From positions 1,592-65,591 of the forward strand of contig CAVQKS010000003.1 of assembly GCA_963713155.1 (NCBI GenBank): 64,000 nucleotides of DNA. The letters are read 5' to 3'. The translations under genes were made by a program, and so were the position numbers. This stretch comes from an uncultured Thermoleophilia bacterium (GTDB taxonomy: Bacteria; Actinomycetota; Thermoleophilia; Gaiellales; Gaiellaceae). Position 1 is the stretch's first letter. Each line of letters starts with the position of its first letter. Under the pieces are notes generated by a model that ran no database searches, was not told where the DNA came from, and saw nothing but the letters and a program-made list of their open reading frames with translations. Below, one piece after another: positions 9,312 to 21,802 of the stretch.

Positions 9312-10111
9312 TCCCCGGCATACCCGCCGCGGCGCTCGTCGCGAGCGAGGCGGCCGTGCTCGAGCTGGATCACCCGCTTGCGCATCTTGTCGACCATCTC
9401 GCGGTCGTGGGTCACCATGAGAATCGTCGTGCCGCTGCGGTTGATCCGGTAGAGCAGCTGCATGATCCCGACCGAGGTGTCCGGGTCGAGGTTGCCGGTC
9501 GGCTCGTCGCAGACGAGCAGCGGCGGATGGTTGACGAACGCGCGCGCGATCGAGACGCGCTGCTGTTCGCCTCCGGAGAGCTCGTCGGGGAGCGAATTCA
9601 TCTTGTGCGACAGGCCGACCATCGCCAGTACCTCCGGCACCTTCTTGCGCACGGCGGTCGAAGACTCGCCCTGCACCTTGAGCGCGTAGGCCACGTTCTC
9701 CGACGCGGTGCGGTTCGGCAGCAACTTGAAGTCCTGGAACACGCAGCCGATGTTCCGCCGCAGCATCGGAACCTTGCTGCGCTTGAGCCGCCCGAGCTCG
9801 CGTCCGCCGAGGACGATCTTCCCTCGGGTCGGCTCGAGCTCCTTCAGCAACAACCGCACGAGCGTCGACTTGCCGGAGCCCGAGGCGCCGACGATGAACA
9901 CGAACTCGCCCTTGTCGATGTGGAACGTGACGTCGCGAAGCGCGGTCACGTCGGGCTCGTACACCTTGGTCACCGCGTCGAACACGATCATCGACCCGGT
10001 CGACGGCGGGGTCGCCGGAAGCGGCGGCTCGTCGACGACGGCGGTCGCTTCGGGGGGTGTCAGCTCAGTCTCTTGCACGGTTCGGTGACGGTACCGCCCA
10101 CCGGACGGCAC
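9308..10111 (-). CDS. ftsE: cell-division ATP-binding protein FtsE
   Basis: Walker [10 protein letters not shown], signature LSGGEQQR, Walker [13 protein letters not shown]. The start is uncertain: GTG 10111, GTG 10078 or ATG 9991. Confidence 0.9.
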   Translation of the reverse strand: MPSGGRYRHRTVQETELTPPEATAVVDEPPLPATPPSTGSMIVFDAVTKVYEPDVTALRDVTFHIDKGEFVFIVGASGSGKSTLVRLLLKELEPTRGKIVLGGRELGRLKRSKVPMLRRNIGCVFQDFKLLPNRTASENVAYALKVQGESSTAVRKKVPEVLAMVGLSHKMNSLPDELSGGEQQRVSIARAFVNHPPLLVCDEPTGNLDPDTSVGIMQLLYRINRSGTTILMVTHDREMVDKMRKRVIQLEHGRLARDERRGGYAGE

Positions 10112-10145
10112 TGGCGCGAAGGTTCGGCCAAGTGTAGCTCACCGG

Positions 10146-11256
10146 CTAGACGATTCTCCCTGCGGCTCGCGCAAGGAGGTATTCGCGGATGAAGCCGTCG
10201 AGGTCACCGTTTAGCACTGCCTGGGCATTGCCTGTCTCGTAGCCGGTTCGCGTGTCCTTCACGAGCTGCGTCGGGTGGAGGTAATACGACCGGATCGACG
10301 CGCCGCCGAAGCCGGTGTCGGCCGATCCTCCCCGTTCCTTCGCCATCAGCGCCTCTCTCTCCTCTTCGGCCCGCTCGACGAGACGCGCCTTGAGCACACG
10401 CATGGCGGTCTGCTTGTTCGCCGACTGCGACCGCTCGTTCTGGCACTGAACGACGATGCTCGTCGGCAGGTGCGTGATCCGCACCGCGCTATCGGTCTTG
10501 TTCACGTGCTGCCCGCCCGCGCCCTGCGCGCGGTACGTGTCGATCCTGAGATCGCTCTCGTCGATCTCGACGTCGGCGTCGACGGGAAGCAAGGGCGCCA
10601 CGATCACGGTCGCGAACGCGGTGTGCCGTCGATGCGCTGCGTCGAACGGGCTCTGCCGGACGAGCCGGTGCTTGCCGCGCTCGGCCTTCAAGATCCCGTA
10701 CGCGTTCTCGCCGCCGACGGTGAACGTGCTGGACTTGAGGCCAGCTTCCTCCCCCGGGCTCGCCTCGAGCAGGTCGACGTGGAACCCACGCGTCGCAGCC
10801 CAACGTTCGTACATCCGCAGCATCATCTCGGTCCAGTCCTGAGCGTCGGTGCCGCCCGTTCCCGACTGGAGCGTCACGACCGCGTCACCGGCGTCGTACT
10901 CACCGTCGAACAGCGCCGCCTCTTCGAGACGTTCGAGCTCCGCACGGAGCGGGCGAAGAGACGCCACGATTTCGTCGTCGAGCTCGCCTTCGTCGATGGC
11001 CGCCAGCTCCCGAGCATCTTCGTACTCGCTCTGCAAGCTGCGATAGCCCTCGAGCTTGCGCGATGCCCGAGCATGCTCTGCGGAAACCCTGGCAGCGCGC
11101 CCCTGGTCATCCCAGAAGCCGGGAGCGTTCAGCTCAGATTCGAGCTCGACGACCCGTCGTTCGAGCGACGCCGGGTCAAAGGTACTCACGGACCCAGTGG
11201 AGCTGGGCCCCGAGCTCGTCGAGCTGCTCGGCGATCGATTTCCCGTCGTCGGTCAT
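10146..11256 (-). CDS. prfB: peptide chain release factor 2 (programmed +1 frameshift)
   Basis: SPF (RQSPFD) and GGQ (GAGGQHVNKT) motifs. ORF0 runs from ATG 11256 for 26 codons (MTDDGKSIAEQLDELGAQLHWVREYL) and ends at an in-frame TGA inside CTT TGA C. The main frame continues DPASLERRVVELES…. Confidence 0.95.
11175..11181 (-). promoter_or_regulatory. prfB: prfB +1 ribosomal frameshift site CUU UGA C
   Basis: The exact heptamer CTTTGAC is read on the minus strand, in frame with the upstream ATG (78 nt = 26 codons). Confidence 0.9.
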
Positions 11257-11284
11257 GCTTGCATCGTATCGGGCGCCCGACTGC

Positions 11285-12898
11285 TCAATCGCATCTGCGC
11301 TTCCCGTCGACGCCCGCAAGCGTTGCCAGCCCGCGTACCAGGTTCGGGCTCATGTTCAGGTCGACCAGGCCGGCATGTGCTGCGGTGAGGCGGACCATCC
11401 CATCGGGCTGGCTCGACACACAGCCTTGCTGTGTCCTCCAGTAAGGCGACCATCGGATCGCGACCTGGTAAGTCCCGGGCTTGTCGACGAGAAAGACGAT
11501 GCGCGTCGGCCAGAGCCATTGAACGCTCGCGAGACCCGGCCCGACGATGATCGAGCGCGCGTTCGGGAGCTCGTAGACGGAGACGTGTGCCGCCTCGAAG
11601 ACGCGGACGAGCCCCGATCGTCCGCTGAGGAGCAGATTCTCCTCGAGCCGCGAGCTGTAGTCCGGCCTCGCGTCGGACAGGACGACATACCGAACGCCGA
11701 GCGAGCGCAGCCAAGCCCGGTAGGCGGAGGCGCGCAGCGGGTTGTCGTACAGCACCGCGTTCTGCGGAAAGTCGCTTTGGCGATACCAGCCCCGGACGAT
11801 TGGAATCCCGGCGTCCGGGAGGTAGGCGGCCGGCCAGTGATCGACCGTGTCGACCGCTTCGACCCGGTAGGAGAGACTCGAGTGCTGGTGCAGGTACTCG
11901 ATGGCCGGTTGCCAGTACGACGCCGTCTGCCCCGCGTCCGCGCTCGCGCTGGCATAGCTCGAGACGATCGGCGTGACGTTCCACGCCGCAGCGAAGACGA
12001 GCGCAGGCACGACGAGCGCCACTGGGCGCCACCGCCGGAGCGAGAACGCCAGGATGATGATCGGCAGCGCTGCGTAGCGCATGCGCTCGATATTGGAGCC
12101 AACGTCCGAGGGCACCGCGAAGGCGACGATGCAGGTCACGAGGTAGACCACGAAGAGCCCCCGCAGCAGCCGGGCCGAGGGGACGTTCCACGTCACGACC
12201 AGCCCGATCCCGCAGAAGAGGAGCCCGGCTCCGAGCTGCCAGATGCTGAACGGGAACGAGCCGCCGTCCGAGAACAGCCGGTAGAGCGCCAACTCGAGCG
12301 CCGCACCGCCGAGCACGACCACAATCGGCAGCCAGGCGCCACGAAGGCTGCGCCGCGCGACCGCCGCTCCGCCGAGCAGGACTGCGAGGAGGATGAACGC
12401 GAGGGGGCTCGTGCCGAGGCACAACACCGCGAAGAGCGCGAACCGCCAACGGTGCCGCGACTGGAGCGCCCACAGCGAAAGAAGCGCGAACGACATCGCG
12501 AGCGCAAACGGGAACGCGGCGGAGAGCACGATCCCGGCCCAGAGCACTGAGAACGTCCTGCTCGAGAGTCGCGCCGAGTCGCCCCATTGCCGCAACGCAA
12601 CGAGCGTGAACGCGAGCGCAGCCGACGCGATCGTCGCGACCGCCAGCACCTTGATCCCGAACACGGCGGCAAGCGGGTAGTACAGGAAGCTGTAGGTGAC
12701 GAACGTGTAGCGGCCCGCGTACCAGAAGTTGTTCCACAGCTGGAACCCGTGCTGGATCAGGAACGTGCGCTGGTACACGTGGGCGGCAAGGTCGACGCCT
12801 GGAGGCCCCAGCCAGACCAGGATCGACGCGATGGTCGCCGCGACAACCGTCGAGATGATCGCCTCGCGGGCGAGCACCCGCGGCTCCGCCACACTCAC
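11285..12898 (-). CDS. polytopic integral membrane protein, GT-C-like glycosyltransferase candidate
   Basis: 537 aa. About 10 TM helices in the first 300 aa, followed by a soluble roughly 230-aa C-terminal domain. The family is not identified with certainty. Confidence 0.65.
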   Translation of the reverse strand: MSVAEPRVLAREAIISTVVAATIASILVWLGPPGVDLAAHVYQRTFLIQHGFQLWNNFWYAGRYTFVTYSFLYYPLAAVFGIKVLAVATIASAALAFTLVALRQWGDSARLSSRTFSVLWAGIVLSAAFPFALAMSFALLSLWALQSRHRWRFALFAVLCLGTSPLAFILLAVLLGGAAVARRSLRGAWLPIVVVLGGAALELALYRLFSDGGSFPFSIWQLGAGLLFCGIGLVVTWNVPSARLLRGLFVVYLVTCIVAFAVPSDVGSNIERMRYAALPIIILAFSLRRWRPVALVVPALVFAAAWNVTPIVSSYASASADAGQTASYWQPAIEYLHQHSSLSYRVEAVDTVDHWPAAYLPDAGIPIVRGWYRQSDFPQNAVLYDNPLRASAYRAWLRSLGVRYVVLSDARPDYSSRLEENLLLSGRSGLVRVFEAAHVSVYELPNARSIIVGPGLASVQWLWPTRIVFLVDKPGTYQVAIRWSPYWRTQQGCVSSQPDGMVRLTAAHAGLVDLNMSPNLVRGLATLAGVDGKRRCD

Positions 12899-12907
12899 GG
12901 CGAAAGC

Positions 12908-13480
12908 CTAAACGATCTCGACCTCCAGGCCGTCGGAGCGAAGGCGCGACCAGACGCCGAGATCGACGCGCCGGCCTTCCTTGAAGTGGACGTGCCGGAG
13001 AACGCCCTCCCGGGTGTACCCGGCCCGTGACGCCACCCGCTCCGACGCCGGATTGGTGACCGCGATCCGCAACTCGATCCTTTCGAGGCCCAGGACGTCG
13101 AGGCCCCACGCAGTGAGGAGCGACAACGTCCGGCCGGCGATGCCACGCCCGCGGACGGCCGGCGCCACCGCGTAGCCGATTTCGGCCTCCCCGGCCGGCA
13201 GGTCGAGCCTGAACAGTGAGCCGAAGCCCAGGAATGTCCCGCCGTCGGCCTCGCGCACCACGAAGCCGGCTCGGGTGCCGGTGCGCCAACCATCCTCGTA
13301 CCCACGGATCCAGGAGCGAACGAACGACTCGCCCCCGGCGGTCGGCACGAGCGTGAACTCCTTGATCGCGTCGTCGCCGACCAGCTCGAGCAAATCCGGC
13401 ACGTCCCTGCGGCTCATTCGGTCGAGCCGGATAACGCCGTCGGCGAGCGGTGGATCGGGCGCCCGCAGAGCACCCTTCAC
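12908..13480 (-). CDS. GNAT family N-acetyltransferase (RimJ/RimL-like)
   Basis: …IRLDRMSRRDVPDLLELV…EIGYAVAPAVRGRGIAGRTL…ERIELRIAVTNPASERVASRAGYTREGVLR. The GTG at 13480 was chosen because the longer ORF would overlap the end of secA. Confidence 0.8.
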   Translation of the reverse strand: MKGALRAPDPPLADGVIRLDRMSRRDVPDLLELVGDDAIKEFTLVPTAGGESFVRSWIRGYEDGWRTGTRAGFVVREADGGTFLGFGSLFRLDLPAGEAEIGYAVAPAVRGRGIAGRTLSLLTAWGLDVLGLERIELRIAVTNPASERVASRAGYTREGVLRHVHFKEGRRVDLGVWSRLRSDGLEVEIV

Positions 13481-13526
13481 AACGAGCAGTTGTGCCGTCC
13501 GGCCAATCTCACTGCGAAAGGTGCTC

Positions 13527-16191
<2,665 letters not shown>

Positions 16192-16222
16192 CAGCGAGAC
16201 AGGGTACCGCCCGCGATCGCGG

Positions 16223-16756
16223 TCATAGAGTGGCCGCCTGGACTTCCCAGAGCTCGCCGTCCACCCGGGTGGCGCGCACGACGTACTCCGAGCCCTGATC
16301 TGCCCCGGCCTGCTCGAAGGCAGGAACCGAGCCGAATCGCGGCTGGCCGTCGACGTGCAGCGACCGCCCGTCGCCGGTCGAGACGAGCTCAGCCTCCTGG
16401 CCCGCCAGCCCGGGCGCCGCGACCAGCTCGATCCGGGTCGCTGCCACGGCCCAGAGCTCGGGGCCCCGCCGGACCGCCTCGGCCCGGTACGGGCGCTCGA
16501 TCGACGCCTCGACGGCCTCCTGGAGCGGGGCGAGGGCACCTTCAGGCTGCTGCACGTCCTCCGGGGCGACCACGGCCTTGCCGTCGGGCAGGGTGACGAA
16601 CCCAACCCGGTCGCCCTCGATCCCGTCGGCCTGCGCGGTCGTGACCACGTCGAAGCGACGCGGCCGCGGCACTCCGTGGATCCCGGGCTCGCCGCGTTGC
16701 TCGCCGTCAAATCCCGGCGGCTGGGCAGCTGGGCCGGCGGGCGCCGGCCCATCCAC
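16223..16756 (-). CDS. hypothetical protein
   Basis: 177-aa ORF between hpf and secA with ordinary (non Arg/Pro-biased) composition. No family recognised and the start is uncertain. Confidence 0.45.
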   Translation of the reverse strand: MDGPAPAGPAAQPPGFDGEQRGEPGIHGVPRPRRFDVVTTAQADGIEGDRVGFVTLPDGKAVVAPEDVQQPEGALAPLQEAVEASIERPYRAEAVRRGPELWAVAATRIELVAAPGLAGQEAELVSTGDGRSLHVDGQPRFGSVPAFEQAGADQGSEYVVRATRVDGELWEVQAATL

Positions 16757-16820
16757 CAGGCCTCCCGCGTCTGCGAGTTGCTTGTGCAGCGGCTCCTGGC
16801 GCCGGAAGAACCGGATCGGG

Positions 16821-17150
16821 TCAGCCGCCCTTCTCGGCGTGCCGGCGCGGCTCGACGACGCGCATCTCTCGGTAGCGCTTCACCTGCCGGTGCAGCTTCT
16901 CGGCCAGCTGGTCGATCGACATCTTCATGTCGGGGGAAGCCTCACGCGCCCGCAGCGTCGAGCCCTTCGTGAAGATCGTCGCCTCGGCAACGCTGCTCTC
17001 TGCGATCGACGGGTTGCGCTGCTCCGAGAGCTCCACCTCGACCTGGGTCGGCTCCGCCAGCAGCTTCCCGATCTTGGCCAGCTTTCGCTCGGCGTACTCA
17101 CGGATCGGCGGGGTGACCTCCACGTTCTTGCCCTTCACCTGAAGCCTCAT
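16821..17150 (-). CDS. hpf: ribosome hibernation factor, short form (HPF/RaiA family)
   Basis: MRLQVKGKNVEVTPPIREYAERKLAKIGKLL…ATIFTKGSTLRAREASPDMKMSIDQLAEKLHRQVKRY. 109 aa with no C-terminal dimerisation domain. Confidence 0.88.
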   Translation of the reverse strand: MRLQVKGKNVEVTPPIREYAERKLAKIGKLLAEPTQVEVELSEQRNPSIAESSVAEATIFTKGSTLRAREASPDMKMSIDQLAEKLHRQVKRYREMRVVEPRRHAEKGG

Positions 17151-17189
17151 TGTCCGCCTCCTTGGTGGTGGTCAAGCCGTGCTCCCACC

Positions 17190-17792
17190 CTAGCGCACCC
17201 CACGGCCGACCGGGTAGCTCCGCACCGTCCTCGCCAGCGTGACCACGTGCACCGTGCGTGCCCCACCTGCCCGCAGCGCCGTGGCCGCCGACGACACGGT
17301 CGCACCGGTCGTGTACACATCGTCGACGAGCAGCACCCGCGGCGGCACTGCGGCGCACGCCGAGAACGCTCCGACCACGTTGCGGCGCCGTCCGTCCAGC
17401 GGCAGCCCCGTCTGCCGCGGCGAGTGCCGCGTTCGCGTCAACAGTCGCGCGAAAGGCATGTTCCAGCGCAGCGCGAGCTCACGCGCCAGCCGTTCGGCCG
17501 GATGGTGTCCGCGTTGGAGCAGGCGCTCGCGATCGCCGGGCACCGCGGTCACCACGTCGACGCTCGGCGCCTCGACGCGCGCGACGACGAGATCGGCTGC
17601 GAGGGCCGCCGCCCGGCGGAGCCCTCGCTCCTTCCAGCCGTGCACGAGCGCCCGTACCGGCCCGGCGTAAAGGACGGCCGCACGTGCCGACGCGAAGGCG
17701 ATTCGTCGACCCGCGCACTCCACACACCGCTCCACCCGCCACGCGGTCGGCGCCCCGCAGCGTGCACAGCGCGGGTCGCAGAGCGGCGGCAA
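17190..17792 (-). CDS. ComF family protein (phosphoribosyltransferase domain)
   Basis: PRT motif VLLVDDVYTTGAT. Homology (…AWLVDLILPGRCVACDAPAELLCSDCLAAL) continues upstream of the TTG at 17792 to at least 17879, so the true start is unresolved. Confidence 0.75.
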   Translation of the reverse strand: MPPLCDPRCARCGAPTAWRVERCVECAGRRIAFASARAAVLYAGPVRALVHGWKERGLRRAAALAADLVVARVEAPSVDVVTAVPGDRERLLQRGHHPAERLARELALRWNMPFARLLTRTRHSPRQTGLPLDGRRRNVVGAFSACAAVPPRVLLVDDVYTTGATVSSAATALRAGGARTVHVVTLARTVRSYPVGRGVR

Positions 17793-17963
17793 CGCTGCGA
17801 GACAGTCCGAGCAGAGCAGCTCGGCCGGCGCGTCGCAGGCGACACAACGTCCAGGGAGGATGAGGTCGACGAGCCACGCCGATGACGCTACGGGGAGGGG
17901 TGTGCCGTGTCTGTCGCAACTCTGCGAAAAGAGCGCAACAGCCAGGCCCGCGGCTCGTGCCGC

Positions 17964-18734
17964 TCAGTCGGGGGAGTACGCGGCCCGGGTCGGCAGCCCT
18001 CGCTCGGCGCGCAGGCTGTTGTCCGCCACGAGCAACTGCTCGCTGTCGCCGATGTCGTACCAGGCGCCGTCAAAGGCCCAGCCGAAGACCGGCTCCCGGC
18101 GACAGAGCCACTCGACGAAGCGACCCGGCTGATCGGGCGAGTGCCCGCCCGCCAGATACTCGTCGAGCAGGCCGACGTGTGACCGGTGGAAGAGATAGGT
18201 GGCCGTCGCGGCCAGCGTCGAGGGCGGGTCGGCCGGCTTCTCGACGAAATCCACGAGCCGTGCGTCACCATCGAGCGACACGATCCCGTACTGCGTCGCC
18301 AGCTGGAGCGAGCCGACATCGCGCACGGCGACCGCACTCGCAACCCCTCGGCCCCGCCAGAACGACTCGTACTCGACGAGTGAGAACTCGAAGACATTGT
18401 CTCCCGCGATCACGAGCAAATCGTCGTCGAGCCCGGCGCTGTCGACTACAAACCGAAGGTCGCCGATCGCGCCCAGCCTGTCGTCGTTGGAGGTCGTTTC
18501 GTCGTCGTGCACGTGCACGTCACGGCCGGAAGCCGAGGCCCAGTCGACGAAGGCCTGCGCCTTGCGGTGGTTCGTCACCAGATGAATCTCCTCCACCGAC
18601 TCGACGGCCGAGACGGCGTCGAGGATCCAGTCGACGATCGGCCGTCCGCCAACCGGCAGGAGCTCCTTCGCCCACGTATCGGTCAACGGGCGGAGCCGCG
18701 TCGCGTAGCCGGCGGCGAGCACGACCGCCTTCAT
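17964..18734 (-). CDS. sugar-phosphate nucleotidyltransferase-fold protein
   Basis: 256 aa from ATG 18734: [36 protein letters not shown] (GxGTRLxPLT-type signature). ATGA overlap with the mtnA stop. Confidence 0.8.
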   Translation of the reverse strand: MKAVVLAAGYATRLRPLTDTWAKELLPVGGRPIVDWILDAVSAVESVEEIHLVTNHRKAQAFVDWASASGRDVHVHDDETTSNDDRLGAIGDLRFVVDSAGLDDDLLVIAGDNVFEFSLVEYESFWRGRGVASAVAVRDVGSLQLATQYGIVSLDGDARLVDFVEKPADPPSTLAATATYLFHRSHVGLLDEYLAGGHSPDQPGRFVEWLCRREPVFGWAFDGAWYDIGDSEQLLVADNSLRAERGLPTRAAYSPD

Positions 18735-19684
18735 ACGGTCACGGACGCTCGATGGAGCGACGTCGCGTACGGCTGCCGGTGAACACCTGCCTCGGTGACG
18801 ATCGCAGTGATGAGCTCCGCGGGCGTGACGTCGAAGGCGGGATTGCGCGCGGGGAAGCGCGTCGTGATCTCCGCCGGGTCGCGCTCCTCGATCGGGATCG
18901 ACGCTCCGTCGGGTGTCTCCGGGTCGAGCGTCGACGAGGGCGCGACGACGTACATCGGAATCGCGTGATGGCGCGCGAGCACGGCGAGGGCGTAGGTCCC
19001 GATCTTGTTCGCGGTGTCGCCGTTCGCCGCGATCCGGTCGGCGCCCGTGACCACACAGTCGACCTCGCCTGCCGCCATCAGCGACGCGGCCGCGCTGTCG
19101 GCGATCACGGCGTGCGGGATCGCAGCGTGCTCGAGCTCCCAGGCGGTGAGCCGTGCCCCCTGCAAGAGCGGCCGGGTCTCGTCGACCCAGACGTGCTCGA
19201 GCAGCCCCTGCTCGCGCGCGGCGATCAGCGCGCCGACTGCGCTGCCGTAGCCGCCCGTGGCGAGCCCGCCGGCGTTGCAGTGCGTGAGCGCACGCGTCCC
19301 CGGCTGGAGCAGCGTGGCGGCATGGACGGCCATCTCGCGGCACCGTGCGACCTCGTCTCGATGAATCTGGCGCGCGTGCTCGGCGGTCGGCTCCGACCGC
19401 ATCCGCTCGAGCGCCCAGGCCAGATTGACCGCCGTCGGACGTGACGCGCGGAGGACGCGTTCGGCCTCGACGAGATCGTCGCCTTGCGCCGCTGCGAGGG
19501 CGTACGCGTAGGCGGCGGCAACGCCGATCGCCGGTGCCCCACGCACGGCCAGCGTGCGAATCGCCTCCGCCACCTCGGCTGCCGTGCGGCAGTCGAGCTC
19601 GACCTCGTCGAGCGGCAGCCGGCGCTGATCCAGGAGGACGACCCGGTCGTCCTCGAGCCTGAGGATCGCCTCAGGCTCGAGCAT
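18731..19684 (-). CDS. mtnA: S-methyl-5-thioribose-1-phosphate isomerase
   Basis: …[17 protein letters not shown]…[14 protein letters not shown]…[11 protein letters not shown]…[10 protein letters not shown]…[18 protein letters not shown]…. Confidence 0.9.
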   Translation of the reverse strand: MLEPEAILRLEDDRVVLLDQRRLPLDEVELDCRTAAEVAEAIRTLAVRGAPAIGVAAAYAYALAAAQGDDLVEAERVLRASRPTAVNLAWALERMRSEPTAEHARQIHRDEVARCREMAVHAATLLQPGTRALTHCNAGGLATGGYGSAVGALIAAREQGLLEHVWVDETRPLLQGARLTAWELEHAAIPHAVIADSAAASLMAAGEVDCVVTGADRIAANGDTANKIGTYALAVLARHHAIPMYVVAPSSTLDPETPDGASIPIEERDPAEITTRFPARNPAFDVTPAELITAIVTEAGVHRQPYATSLHRASVTV

Positions 19685-19702
19685 CCGCCGCCGGCAGTGC
19701 CA

Positions 19703-20971
19703 CTACGTACCTTCGTCCCACGACGCGAGGTACTTCGCCTGCTCCTCGCTGAGCCGGTCGATGTCGACGCCCATCGTCCCGAGCTTCAACCGGGCGATCT
19801 CCTCGTCGATCGCGGTCGGCACCGGGTAGACCTTCGCTTCGAGCGATGCGGCGTTCTGCACCGCGTACTCGGTCGCGAGCGCCTGATTGGCGAAGCTCAT
19901 GTCCATGACGATCGCCGGGTGACCTTCGGCGGCCGAGATGTTGACGAGCCGGCCCTCGGCGAGCAGGTAGACGCGACGGCCGTCCGCCATCGTGAACTCG
20001 TCGACCAGATTGCGCGCCTCCCGCGTCTCGACCGCCAGCGACCGCAGTGCGGGGATGTCGATCTCGACGTTGAAGTGCCCGGTGTTGCAGATGATCGCTC
20101 CGTCCTTCAGCACCTCCAGGTGCTCGCGGGCGAGCACGTGCTTGTCGCCGGTCGCGGTGCAGAAGATGTCGCCGATCGGCGCGGCCGCCGACATCGGCAT
20201 CACCTCGTAGCCTTCCATGAGCGCCTCGAGCGCCCGCATCGGGTCTACCTCCGTGACGATCACGTGCGCACCGAGGCCGCGGGCCCGCAACGCCACGCCC
20301 CGCCCCACCCAGCCGTAGCCGACGACGACGAACCGTTTGCCTGCGAGCAGGACGTTCGTCGCCCTGATGATCCCGTCGATGGTCGACTGCCCCGTCCCGT
20401 ACCGGTTGTCGAACAGATGCTTCGTCCGGGCCTCGTTGACGGCGATCACGGGGAACTCGAGCGCGCCGTCGGCCTCCATCGCCTTCAGGCGGATGACGCC
20501 GGTCGTCGTCTCCTCCATCCCGGCGATGATGTCGCCGAGCTGCTCACGTCGCGAGCTGTGGAGGACGCTGATCACGTCTGCGCCGTCGTCCATCGTGAGC
20601 TGCGGCTTGTGGTCGACCGCTGCCTCGATGTGCGAGTAGTAGGTGTCGTTGTCCTCGCCCTTGATGGCGAAGACCGGGATGTCGAAATCGTTGACGAGCG
20701 CGGCAGCGACGTCGTCCTGCGTCGAGAGCGGGTTCGACGCGCAGAGCACGACGTCTGCGCCGCCGGCCTTGAGCGTGCGCATCAGGTTGGCTGTCTCGGT
20801 CGTCACGTGCAGACAGGCCGAGATGCGTCGCCCATCGAGCGGCTGCTCGCGCTCGAACCGCTCGCGAATTTCGGTTAGCACCGGCATCTGCCGGTCTGCC
20901 CACATGATGCGGCGCACGCCCTCCGGGGCGAGTGCCAGGTCCTTCACGTCGTGTCGCTTGGTCGTCGCCAC
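19703..20971 (-). CDS. ahcY: adenosylhomocysteinase
   Basis: 422 aa from the GTG at 20971, preceded by GAGAGGA. …MPVL…[11 protein letters not shown]…EETTTGV…[11 protein letters not shown]…[10 protein letters not shown]…. Confidence 0.93.
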   Translation of the reverse strand: MATTKRHDVKDLALAPEGVRRIMWADRQMPVLTEIRERFEREQPLDGRRISACLHVTTETANLMRTLKAGGADVVLCASNPLSTQDDVAAALVNDFDIPVFAIKGEDNDTYYSHIEAAVDHKPQLTMDDGADVISVLHSSRREQLGDIIAGMEETTTGVIRLKAMEADGALEFPVIAVNEARTKHLFDNRYGTGQSTIDGIIRATNVLLAGKRFVVVGYGWVGRGVALRARGLGAHVIVTEVDPMRALEALMEGYEVMPMSAAAPIGDIFCTATGDKHVLAREHLEVLKDGAIICNTGHFNVEIDIPALRSLAVETREARNLVDEFTMADGRRVYLLAEGRLVNISAAEGHPAIVMDMSFANQALATEYAVQNAASLEAKVYPVPTAIDEEIARLKLGTMGVDIDRLSEEQAKYLASWDEGT

Positions 20972-21011
20972 TCGAACATCCTCTCTTTTGCGATCGCGAA
21001 AAAGGTCTCGG

Positions 21012-21344
21012 TCAGGCTGCGAGCAGCCGTTCGTGCTTGCGCTGTTCCCAGTCGATCCACGAGCCTGCGTCCTCCGCGGCGGCGAGCCAGCCGTCGACGG
21101 CAATCCGTAGATCGGGCTCCCGGCGCAGGCGCGCCGCGAACGCGATCTCGGCCAGGTCGACCGAGTAACGCTCGCGCAGGGCGCGCAGCGCACGGAGTCG
21201 GTTCAGCTCAGCCAGCCCGTACGTGCGATAGCCCGACCGGGTGCGCCGCGGCACCACGAGCCCGTGGTGCTCGAGATAGCGGAGCATTCTGGCCGACCAG
21301 CCGGTCTCGGCTGCGGCGGCTCCGACGGTCAGCGGCCCGGGCAC
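21012..21344 (-). CDS. MerR family transcriptional regulator
   Basis: N-terminal [41 protein letters not shown]. Confidence 0.85.
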   Translation of the reverse strand: MPGPLTVGAAAAETGWSARMLRYLEHHGLVVPRRTRSGYRTYGLAELNRLRALRALRERYSVDLAEIAFAARLRREPDLRIAVDGWLAAAEDAGSWIDWEQRKHERLLAA

Positions 21345-21373
21345 GCACCAACCCTATCACAGTCGTGTCAAGG

Positions 21374-21802
21374 TTATGCCGCAGACGTGCCTTCGCGCCC
21401 GTAGGCGTCGGCGAGCCGGACGACGTCGTCGAGGTACGGCGTGGAGACCTCGATGATCGTGAGGTCCTCGAGCGCCGTGACGCGGTGCACCGTTCCGGGC
21501 GGGTAGTGGAAGGCGGCTCCGGGCCCCACCACCTCCTCGGCGAGCACCGCCTGCCCCGCCTCGCCGAGCTCGATTCGAGCCCGCCCCTCCTGGACGAGCC
21601 AGGACTCGTCCTTCTCACGGTGGAACTGCAGTGAGAGCGAGTGCCCGGCCTTGACGTGCAGGAGCTTGCCGCAGTAGACGTCCGTGAGCGCCCAGATCAG
21701 CTCGTACCCCCACGGCTTGTCCACACGACGGACGTCGACCGCCCAACGATCGAGAGACCCGAGGTTCGGCGAGTCGACCGACACGTCCGGCGAGTCTCTC
21801 AT
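21374..21802 (-). CDS. cupin domain protein (mannose-6-phosphate isomerase type II-like)
   Basis: 142 aa from ATG 21802: …VDKPWGYELIWALTDVYCGKLLHVKAGHSLSLQFHREKDESWLV…GTVHRV. The 565-aa ORF-track call is a composite. Confidence 0.8.
   Translation of the reverse strand: MRDSPDVSVDSPNLGSLDRWAVDVRRVDKPWGYELIWALTDVYCGKLLHVKAGHSLSLQFHREKDESWLVQEGRARIELGEAGQAVLAEEVVGPGAAFHYPPGTVHRVTALEDLTIIEVSTPYLDDVVRLADAYGREGTSAA

Noticed and set aside
16192-16752. 187-aa N-terminal extension of the SecA ORF (the 1091-aa call).
   Set aside because: The extension is Arg/Ser/Pro-rich junk overlapping a better ORF in another frame. Canonical SecA starts at MAGGSFEKAL (ATG 16191).
20972-21011. An SAH riboswitch in front of ahcY.
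   Set aside because: Only 40 nt separate ahcY from the MerR gene, which is too short. No SAH-element consensus is visible.
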